A model generated the notes under the pieces. That model was not told where the DNA came from. It was given only the letters and a program-made list of their open reading frames with translations, and searched no databases. The position numbers and the translations under genes are program-made. A DNA stretch of 62,596 nucleotides, counting the filler. It is 9 parts of 9 records of this genome, joined end to end, with 100 filler letters (N's around TTAATTAATTAA, not from the genome) between each part and the next. Parts side by side here need not be neighbours in the genome. Positions count along the whole stretch, not along the records: positions 55,869 to 62,596 come from SRR31147125_3164; 8 more parts are not named here. The stretch is one strand, 5' to 3'. Every line of letters begins with the position of its first letter. The first letter of the stretch is position 1. This document shows, piece after piece, positions 55,769-62,596 of this stretch.

Positions 55769-55868
55769 NNNNNNNNNNNNNNNNNNNNNNNNNNNNNNNN
55801 NNNNNNNNNNNNTTAATTAATTAANNNNNNNNNNNNNNNNNNNNNNNNNNNNNNNNNNNNNNNNNNNN
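55769..55868. other. Artificial contig linker
   Basis: N-run + TTAATTAATTAA + N-run. Confidence 0.97.
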
Positions 55869-56576
55869 GAGACCGGCGGCATTGTCGGGGCGGAAGCGCT
55901 GGCGCGGTGGGACAATCCGGTACTGGGTTCGGTGCCACCCACCACTTTTATCCGCGCCGCGGAGCGTTCGGGCATGATCGGGCAGTTGACCGAGATTTTG
56001 TTCAAGAAAATGCTCGCCGAGTTCGGCGACTGGCCGAGCCATATCTTCGTGTCGTTCAATCTGTCGGCTCACGACATCTGCTCTCCCGAGCGCATCCTCA
56101 AGCTGATAAGCATCGCCGACCGCAAGGGCATCGATCCACGGCGATTGACCTTCGAGATCACCGAAACGGCTGTGATGCACGATTCCGAGCGCGCCCAGGA
56201 ATCGCTGAAGCTTCTCAAGCATTTCGGAGCCAAGATCGCACTCGACGATTTCGGCACCGGACATTCAAGCCTTTCCTATGTGCACACCCTGCCGCTCGAC
56301 AGGGTCAAGGTCGACCGCAGCTTCGTGGCCGAGATCGAGAACAGCCCCGTGACCCGCGCCGTTGTGCAGACCATCCTCGATCTGTGTACGAGCCTTGAAC
56401 TCGACTGCATCATCGAGGGCGTCGAGACCAAGGGGCAACTCGAACTGATGCAGGAAATGGGTTGCACGACCTTCCAGGGCTTCCTGTTTTCGCGGCCGCT
56501 TGACGGCGTGGCGGCACGGCGCTTCCTCGTGGCCTCCGGCAACAGCGAAGAACCACCGGCGAAAAAGCGCGCCTAG
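55869..56576 (+). CDS. EAL-domain c-di-GMP phosphodiesterase (C-terminal part)
   Basis: GAEALARW, FEITET, ALDDFGTGHSSL, VKVDRSFV, IIEGVET, FQGFLFSRP. Confidence 0.93.
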   Translation, partial: ETGGIVGAEALARWDNPVLGSVPPTTFIRAAERSGMIGQLTEILFKKMLAEFGDWPSHIFVSFNLSAHDICSPERILKLISIADRKGIDPRRLTFEITETAVMHDSERAQESLKLLKHFGAKIALDDFGTGHSSLSYVHTLPLDRVKVDRSFVAEIENSPVTRAVVQTILDLCTSLELDCIIEGVETKGQLELMQEMGCTTFQGFLFSRPLDGVAARRFLVASGNSEEPPAKKRA

Positions 56577-56726
56577 CGGACCAGCCGACAGCGCTCGCAT
56601 CACATGACCGCTCACGGTTTCGCGCGAAGCTTGCATTCGCTTTCCATGCGTTTGATTGTAGCTTGATCGCGTTCTGCCTCAGCGCGAACGGCCCGCCTAT
56701 CCAACACCCTTCAAGAGATAGATCAG

Positions 56727-57602
56727 ATGACTGACACGTCCGAATACGTTCCGCCCAAAGTCTGGACATGGGATGAGCCGAATGGCGGCAGTTTCGCCAG
56801 CACGAACCGGCCGATTGCCGGCTCCACTCACGACAGGCAATTGCCGCGCGGCGATCACAAGCTGCAGCTGTATTCTCTTGCAACCCCGAACGGCCAAAAG
56901 GTCACCATCATGCTCGAGGAACTGCTGGCGGCCGGCCACGACGCCGAGTATGACGCCTGGCTGATCCGCATTGGCAAGGGCGACCAGTTCGGTTCGGGAT
57001 TTGTCGAGGTCAATCCGAATTCCAAGATACCGGCGATGATGGATTACGGAACGGCAATGCCGATTCGTCTGTTCGAAAGCGGCTCGATCCTTTTGTACCT
57101 TGCCGAGAAGTTTGGCGCGTTTTTGCCGGCCGACGCCTCTGGGCGCGCCGAAACGCTCAACTGGCTGTTCTGGCAGATGGGCAGCGCACCCTATGTCGGC
57201 GGCGGCTTCGGGCACTTTTATGCCTATGCGCCAACCCAGCAGGAATATCCGATCAACCGCTTCACAATGGAAACCAAACGTCAGCTCGACGTGCTCGACC
57301 GTCAGCTCGCCGAGCGAAAGTTCATTGCCGGCGACATCTACACCATTGCCGATATCGCCATCTTTCCCTGGTATGGCGGGCTGGTCCTCAACCGCTCCTA
57401 TGATGCGGCCGAGTTCCTCGACGCGGCGAGCTATAAAAATGTCATGCGTTGGGCCAATGAAGTCGATGCCCGGGAGCCGGTAAAACGCGGTCGTTGTGTC
57501 AATGCAGCAGGCGGACCGGATGAAGAACAACTGCACGAGCGTCACTCGCCCGCCGATATCGATCCAGTCCTCGCCATACGCAAGGCGTCCGGAACGGTTT
57601 AG
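56727..57602 (+). CDS. yghU: Glutathione-dependent disulfide-bond oxidoreductase (YghU-like GST)
   Basis: YVPPKVWTW, NRPIAG, LYSLATPNGQKV, NPNSKIPA, FESGSIL, WLFWQMGSAPY, LHERH. Confidence 0.88.
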   Translation: MTDTSEYVPPKVWTWDEPNGGSFASTNRPIAGSTHDRQLPRGDHKLQLYSLATPNGQKVTIMLEELLAAGHDAEYDAWLIRIGKGDQFGSGFVEVNPNSKIPAMMDYGTAMPIRLFESGSILLYLAEKFGAFLPADASGRAETLNWLFWQMGSAPYVGGGFGHFYAYAPTQQEYPINRFTMETKRQLDVLDRQLAERKFIAGDIYTIADIAIFPWYGGLVLNRSYDAAEFLDAASYKNVMRWANEVDAREPVKRGRCVNAAGGPDEEQLHERHSPADIDPVLAIRKASGTV

Positions 57603-57618
57603 GTCGGCTATTGCAGCA

Positions 57619-58152
57619 CTACTGCACCGGAACCGGTGTGGTGGCCTCTACTGCACCTTCCGCGCTGTCCGGCCTGTCTGAGAAATCTTGTTCGAGGTCC
57701 CAGACCACATAGGTCATTGCCATGACGAGAAGCACGGACAGGGCTGTAATGATCAGGTGATAGCGACGGATCTTGTCGGGCGCCAGCGGCTGGCTGCCGG
57801 CGGTCTCGGTAACGTCCTGCGGCTTGTCGGCTTTGACGGCGCGGCCGCGTGGCAGGAAGATCGGGCGGTAATTGCCCTTGATCATCTGGATCTTCACCGG
57901 GACGAAGTAGCTTTCGTCCTTGTGGAATGCGTCGAGCGCCTTGCGCAGGCGGTTAGCCACCACGCGTATCACCGGATCGGTAGACGGATCGAAACTGGTA
58001 GGCCGCCCGAATGCGTCGACGGCGACGGTATAGGCCTTGATCTTGTCGCCACGGCCGGCGAGTTCTTCCCTGACGACGTAGTCGAGAAAAGCAGTGAGCT
58101 GCGGCGACGACCGGAATGCCGGATAGGAAAGTATTACGTTAAGCGAATACAA
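57619..58152 (-). CDS. Membrane-anchored protein with an N-terminal winged-helix-like domain of the type found in alphaproteobacterial TolB/TPR regulators
   Basis: FRSSPQLTAFLDYVVREELAGRGDKIKAYTVAVDAFGRPTSFDPSTDPVIRVVANRLRKAL; one TM near the C-terminus. Confidence 0.65.
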   Translation of the reverse strand: MYSLNVILSYPAFRSSPQLTAFLDYVVREELAGRGDKIKAYTVAVDAFGRPTSFDPSTDPVIRVVANRLRKALDAFHKDESYFVPVKIQMIKGNYRPIFLPRGRAVKADKPQDVTETAGSQPLAPDKIRRYHLIITALSVLLVMAMTYVVWDLEQDFSDRPDSAEGAVEATTPVPVQ

Positions 58153-58346
58153 TATGTCGTCAGTGTTTTTGATAATATTTGACGACGAAGCATATGAAAC
58201 GCCGTTTTCTATTCCAATTTCGCCCAGTTTTGTTCTCCCGCACAGAACAACAGGACAAGCCTATTCGCTTCATTCTACGGCAGGGAGCGGCTAGTGGCAG
58301 CTAGATAAACAAAAAGTTACCTAAATATACGGAGTGCTTTTCCCGT

Positions 58347-59459
58347 CTATCGTTGGGTGGCGTAACTATCGGGCACGCCATTGGTCGAGAGCACGAAATG
58401 CCAGACATGGATGGCACGGGCACGGAAGCCGCCGGCGCAGCATAAAAGATAATATTCCCACATGCGCTTGAAGCGTTTTTCCTGATCCGTTGTCGGCTCG
58501 GGCCAGTTGCGCTGGAAGTTCTCGTTCCAGGCGCACAGCGTCTTGTCGTAGTCCGGGCCGAAATTATGCAGGTCGATGACGTCCCATAATCCTTCAAGGG
58601 CGCGGCCGATCTGCTGCAATGAGGGAATGACGCCTCCGGGGAAAATGTACTTGTCGAGCCATGAATCGATGGTCGGCTGCGTCTCGCCGGAACCGATCGT
58701 GTGCAGGCAGAACAGGCCGCCATCGTTGATGACGCTGCGTGCCTTTTCGAAATAGGTGCGGAAATTGCGATGCCCGACATGCTCGAACATGCCCATTGAG
58801 ACGATCTTGTCTGCCTTGCCGTCGAAATCGCGGTAGTCCTTGACCTGAAAATCGACGTCGAGCCCTTTGTAGCGCTCGCGGGCATAGGCGGCCTGATCCG
58901 GCGAAACGGTTACACCGACGCAGGACGCGTCGTATTTTTCGGCGGCAAATCCCATGAAAGCGCCCCAGCCGCAGCCGATGTCCCAGACGCGCTCGCCCGG
59001 TTTCAGTTGCACCTTGCGGCAGATGAGATCGAGCTTGGCCTCCTGGGCCTGATCGACATTTGTAACGCCCTCGGGCCAGTAACCGCACGAGCCGGTCATG
59101 CGTTGGTCGAGCGACGCCTTGTAGGCGTCGGTCTCGTTGTAGTGCATTTTGGCGACCCGCCGGGAGCGGGCCTTGGTCTGCATGTTCAGGAAACGTGCCT
59201 GAACGATCTGCCAGGCAAGGTTCATCGTGACTGGAATCCTTGCCTGCAGACGCGCACCGACGACGCGATTGAAGAATTCTGCCAGATCGGCGCAATCCCA
59301 CATTCCGTCCATATAGGTCTCGCCGAAACCGAGCGATCCTTGGGCGAACAGGCGCGTCCATACCTCTTTGTCGTGAACCTGCGGGTCCCACGGGTTGGAG
59401 CCATTGATCCTGACCCCGACGTCCTCCAGCAATCCGTTGACGAAGCTTTCCTTGTCCAC
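58347..59459 (-). CDS. cfa: Cyclopropane-fatty-acyl-phospholipid synthase
   Basis: GSLGFGETYMDGMW, DIGCGWG, IVSMGMFEHVG, WLDKYIFPGG, RMWEYYLLCCAGGFRAR. Confidence 0.95.
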   Translation of the reverse strand: MDKESFVNGLLEDVGVRINGSNPWDPQVHDKEVWTRLFAQGSLGFGETYMDGMWDCADLAEFFNRVVGARLQARIPVTMNLAWQIVQARFLNMQTKARSRRVAKMHYNETDAYKASLDQRMTGSCGYWPEGVTNVDQAQEAKLDLICRKVQLKPGERVWDIGCGWGAFMGFAAEKYDASCVGVTVSPDQAAYARERYKGLDVDFQVKDYRDFDGKADKIVSMGMFEHVGHRNFRTYFEKARSVINDGGLFCLHTIGSGETQPTIDSWLDKYIFPGGVIPSLQQIGRALEGLWDVIDLHNFGPDYDKTLCAWNENFQRNWPEPTTDQEKRFKRMWEYYLLCCAGGFRARAIHVWHFVLSTNGVPDSYATQR

Positions 59460-59605
59460 GTTCGCCCCCTCGCATCCAGTGTGACGGAAAAGTTAGTTAA
59501 TTGGCGGTAAAAAGAAAAGTGGTTGTGCGCTTCGCCGGTTGGACTGGCTGGCATGCGACTGCCTGTTCGGCATGTTACATCCATCCGATGCTGGATTGCC
59601 GGAAA

Positions 59606-59849
59606 TTATCGGGGTCCACTAGTCTCGTTTTCCAAAGGCATGCGGTCGGTACCGGTGAGAGGTGCCGGCAGTTCTGCCCGGCTGCCAAATTCCAGCCGCG
59701 CGAGAATGGCGTGCACATGGTCTTTGACGGTGGCGATGCTGATGCCGAGGACAGTGACGATGCGTTTGTTCGGTACGTCCCGGCTATGATGATCCGATGA
59801 AACCTGTCGTCGTGGCGGTCTACGAAGCGGTTCTTTCCGCCGACATGCC
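59606..59849 (-). pseudogene. LuxR-family HTH remnant
   Basis: Hand translation PNKRIVTVLGISIATVKDHVHAILARLEFGSRAEL is a LuxR HTH; there is no in-frame start upstream before a stop at about 59850. Confidence 0.6.
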
Positions 59850-60321
59850 TATCGGGGAATGCATCAAGTGGCAGGCGCCGACCTTCACATCAAAGGCAAA
59901 TGGCGCGCTTTTTCCCAAATCGAAACCTCACGCCGCGCCGATATTCCATTAAGGCCCGGAGATTCCGGGTGGCTTTGCCAATCTCACGGGCGATGGCAAG
60001 GACGGACTTATGATGTGTTTTGCGAGCCTTTATGATCTCGATCGCCAGCGCGATGAACTCGCTTCCATCGTGCGCGTCTGGTGCGCTCCAAGGGACGAAA
60101 ACCGAAAACAGGGCGTTTTAACCAGGCTGCCTGATCGGTGCATCGCCCGGAAAAGCTGCGTTTTGTAGCTGAAAGGTAAGGGATTTTTCACGTGCGCTCG
60201 CTAGGGTTTATTCGGATGTTCCGGCCAATTTCAGCGCCGGCACGCGTTCAGGGCATGCGCACAAACGCCAAGCCGCGAACCAACGCGGTGGGCAACGCGC
60301 TTGCCGAGTTGGGTTTGTGGC

Positions 60322-61179
60322 ATGCGTTTAGTCATCGGCGTCATCGTCGTTTTTGCCAGCGTTCTGGGCGGATACGGGGCTATTGGCGGGCATTTCGAAG
60401 TGCTCTTCCAGCCCTACGAGGCGGTGATCATTCTCGGCGCGGCGTTTGGCGGCTACATCATCGCCAATACAGGCCCGGTACTGAAGCAGTCCCTCGGGGT
60501 ATTCGGCATCCTGTTTCGCGGGCCGCGCTATTCCAAGCAGGATCACCTCGAACTGCTCGGCGTTCTTTATCTTTTGTTCAAGCTGGTGCAGGTCAAAGGG
60601 CCGCTGGCGCTCGAACCGCATATCGAAGATCCGGACTCCTCGGAGATCTTCGCCCGCTTCCCGCGCTTCGCCAATAATCATCACGCCATCGAATTCATCT
60701 GCGACTATCTGCGCATGGTGACGCTCGGCACGCGCAACGTGCACGAAATGGAGGCGCTGATGGACGAGGAACTCGAAACCCATGAACAGGAAAACCATCG
60801 TCTCGTCGGCGCGGTGCAGGCGCTGGCGGACGGTACGCCGGCGCTTGGCATCGTCGCCGCCGTGCTCGGGGTGATCCATACAATGGGTGCGATCGCCGAG
60901 CCGCCCGAGGTGCTCGGACACATGATCGGCGGCGCCCTGGTCGGCACTTTCCTCGGCGTTCTGATCGCCTATGGCTTTTTCGGACCGATGGCACAGGGTC
61001 TCAAGACCATCTTCGAGGCCGAGTCCAAGTTTTATTTGTCGATCAAGGCGGGGCTTCTGGCCCATGTCGCCGGCTACGCGCCGGTCATGGCGGTGGAATT
61101 TGCCCGCAAATCGCTGATGTCGGAGGTGCGGCCGACCTTCAACGAAGTCGACCAGTCCACCAACGATCTGGTCGCGTAG
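60322..61179 (+). CDS. motA: Flagellar motor stator protein MotA
   Basis: GGHFEVLFQPYEAVII, LALEPHIEDP, FICDYLR, PALGIVAAVLGV, ALVGTFLGVLIAYG, VEFARK. Confidence 0.93.
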   Translation: MRLVIGVIVVFASVLGGYGAIGGHFEVLFQPYEAVIILGAAFGGYIIANTGPVLKQSLGVFGILFRGPRYSKQDHLELLGVLYLLFKLVQVKGPLALEPHIEDPDSSEIFARFPRFANNHHAIEFICDYLRMVTLGTRNVHEMEALMDEELETHEQENHRLVGAVQALADGTPALGIVAAVLGVIHTMGAIAEPPEVLGHMIGGALVGTFLGVLIAYGFFGPMAQGLKTIFEAESKFYLSIKAGLLAHVAGYAPVMAVEFARKSLMSEVRPTFNEVDQSTNDLVA

Positions 61180-61197
61180 GGAACGAAAGGCAGTTTC

Positions 61198-62079
61198 ATG
61201 TCCGACGCGATCGAACCGATCATCATCAAGAAGGTCAAGAAGAACAAGCACGAGCATCACGGCGGCGCCTGGAAGATTGCCTATGCCGACTTCGTGACTG
61301 CGATGATGGCGTTTTTCCTGCTCCTGTGGCTGATTTCGATGGCATCGCCCGAGCAGAAGGCCGGTCTGGCGGAGTATTTCGCTCCACCGAACGTGTCGGA
61401 AAGCACGAGCGGATCCGGCGGAACCATGGCCGGCACTTCGCCCGGCGAAAAGGGCGCGCAGTCCGGTGGCGGCGCCACGCCGAACGAGGCCATAGGCGAC
61501 AGGTCGGACACGGCGCGGGCGGTATCGGGCGACGCCGAACTGGCGGGTGAGACGGCGCCAAAGGATCATGGATCGAGTGTCGATTTGATGTTCCATTCGG
61601 CGGCAGTCAGCATCGAGCAATCCTGGCAGTCACTGCCGAACATCACCACGTTCCGCGACAATCTCATCCTCGAAGAGAGCGATCACGGGCTCAATATCCA
61701 GATCATCAACCAGGTCGGGCGGCGCATGTTCCCCGAAGGATCGAAATATCCGGTCGACGAGGTGCGCGACGCACTGGCGGTGATCGCACCGATCCTCAAC
61801 CGTCTGCCCAATCAGATTACGATTTCGGGACATACGTCCTCGGGTGTGACCTATCCCAATCCCCGCTACGGCGCCTGGGAACTGTCAAGCGACCGGGCCA
61901 ACATGGTGCGCTCCATTCTCGGAGAATACGGGCTCAGCGCGCCACACATCATGGCGGTTGTCGGCCGTGCGGACGACGAACCGTTCCTGCCCAACGATCC
62001 CTATCTCGAATCCAACGAGCGGGTGTCGATTTCGGTGATGAAGGACGCGCCACCGGTTCCGCTCAACATGAAGCCGTAG
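61198..62079 (+). CDS. motB: Flagellar motor stator protein MotB
   Basis: HHGGAWKIAYADFVTAMMAFFLLLWL; OmpA-like domain GHT...WELSSDRAN. Confidence 0.93.
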   Translation: MSDAIEPIIIKKVKKNKHEHHGGAWKIAYADFVTAMMAFFLLLWLISMASPEQKAGLAEYFAPPNVSESTSGSGGTMAGTSPGEKGAQSGGGATPNEAIGDRSDTARAVSGDAELAGETAPKDHGSSVDLMFHSAAVSIEQSWQSLPNITTFRDNLILEESDHGLNIQIINQVGRRMFPEGSKYPVDEVRDALAVIAPILNRLPNQITISGHTSSGVTYPNPRYGAWELSSDRANMVRSILGEYGLSAPHIMAVVGRADDEPFLPNDPYLESNERVSISVMKDAPPVPLNMKP

Positions 62080-62101
62080 GGCAATAGCTGTCGCCGGACG
62101 G

Positions 62102-62554
62102 CTACAGTTTGAGCTTCATGCCTTCATGCGATCTGGAAAAGCCCAGCCGCTCGTAGAAGCGATGGGCATCGTGGCGCACCTTGCTGGAGGTGAGCTGAAC
62201 CAGTTCGCAGCCCCGCTCCCGGCAGCGCTCGACGGCCCAGCCAATCATCTTGCCGCCAATGCCGTTGCCGCGTTCGGCTTGTCTGATATGGACGTTTTCA
62301 AGCTGGCCGCGCCAGCTCCTGCCGACGAGATCGGGCAGGAACGAGATCATCACCGTGCCGACGATGCCGCCATCCTTTTCGCAAACGACAAGGCGATGAT
62401 TGGGATCGGCCGAGATGATGCCGAAAATGGTGTCGTAGCCGGGATCGTCCGGTTCGAGCGGCGGATAGCGGTCGGGGGTGACGGCGCCGGCCCGGCAGAT
62501 GTCGAGAACTGTCGGAATGTCGGCGCGCGTTGCGTCGCGAAAGGTCAGGGACAT
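62102..62554 (-). CDS. GNAT N-acetyltransferase
   Basis: ENVHIRQAERGNGIGGKM, VQLTSSKVRHDAHRFYERLGF. Confidence 0.9.
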   Translation of the reverse strand: MSLTFRDATRADIPTVLDICRAGAVTPDRYPPLEPDDPGYDTIFGIISADPNHRLVVCEKDGGIVGTVMISFLPDLVGRSWRGQLENVHIRQAERGNGIGGKMIGWAVERCRERGCELVQLTSSKVRHDAHRFYERLGFSRSHEGMKLKL

Positions 62555-62596
62555 GATGGCGATGAGACTGAAATTCGGGTGAAAGCGTTGCCGAAT

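Noticed and set aside
55817-61833. Long overlapping alternative-frame ORFs in the GC-rich contig (e.g. 60328..61620 -, 56697..57545 -, 58594..59475 -)
   Set aside because: They are shadow ORFs of well-supported genes, expected at high GC, and carry no motifs.
60322-62079. Zorya (ZorA/ZorB) defence system
   Set aside because: MotA has canonical flagellar length and motifs with no long ZorA tail, and no zorC/D/E genes are nearby.

Overview
The window is not one locus. It is nine unrelated contigs (1-7946, 8047-14221, 14322-20884, 20985-26790, 26891-32112, 32213-38409, 38510-47393, 47494-55768, 55869-62596) joined by identical 100-nt artificial linkers (N-run/TTAATTAATTAA/N-run). Judged only from gene content and base composition, they look like Bacteroidota (1, 3, 4, 6), deltaproteobacteria-like (2, 5), Clostridia-like (7), Fusobacteriota-like (8) and Alphaproteobacteria (9). 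Most content is housekeeping or ordinary accessory genes: tRNA-Trp-secE-nusG-rplKAJL-rpoB, glyQS, mnmG, SusC/SusD/GH3, mscL, motAB, cfa, GST and GGDEF/EAL proteins. The standout is contig 3. Next to a tRNA 3' end lies a tightly packed minus-strand operon: an HTH-like protein, a Cas4/AddB-like Fe-S PD-(D/E)XK nuclease, a long prokaryotic Argonaute, an uncharacterised helical protein and a HEXXH metallopeptidase. The Argonaute has an apparently intact DEDD tetrad and an atypical MID pocket and C-terminus, and is split by one frameshift in PAZ that is probably a sequencing indel. This is a candidate pAgo defence system with uncharacterised accessory or effector genes. Secondary points of interest are a CAAX protease fused to a degenerate RelA/SpoT-type HD domain, an MCP with a 7-Cys insert inside its HAMP domain, and a cI/cro/ArpU-like phage switch with no phage genes downstream. 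Frameshifts occur in five genes, including essential rpoB, which points to an indel-prone assembly. All calls come from motif recognition by eye; no database searches were run.
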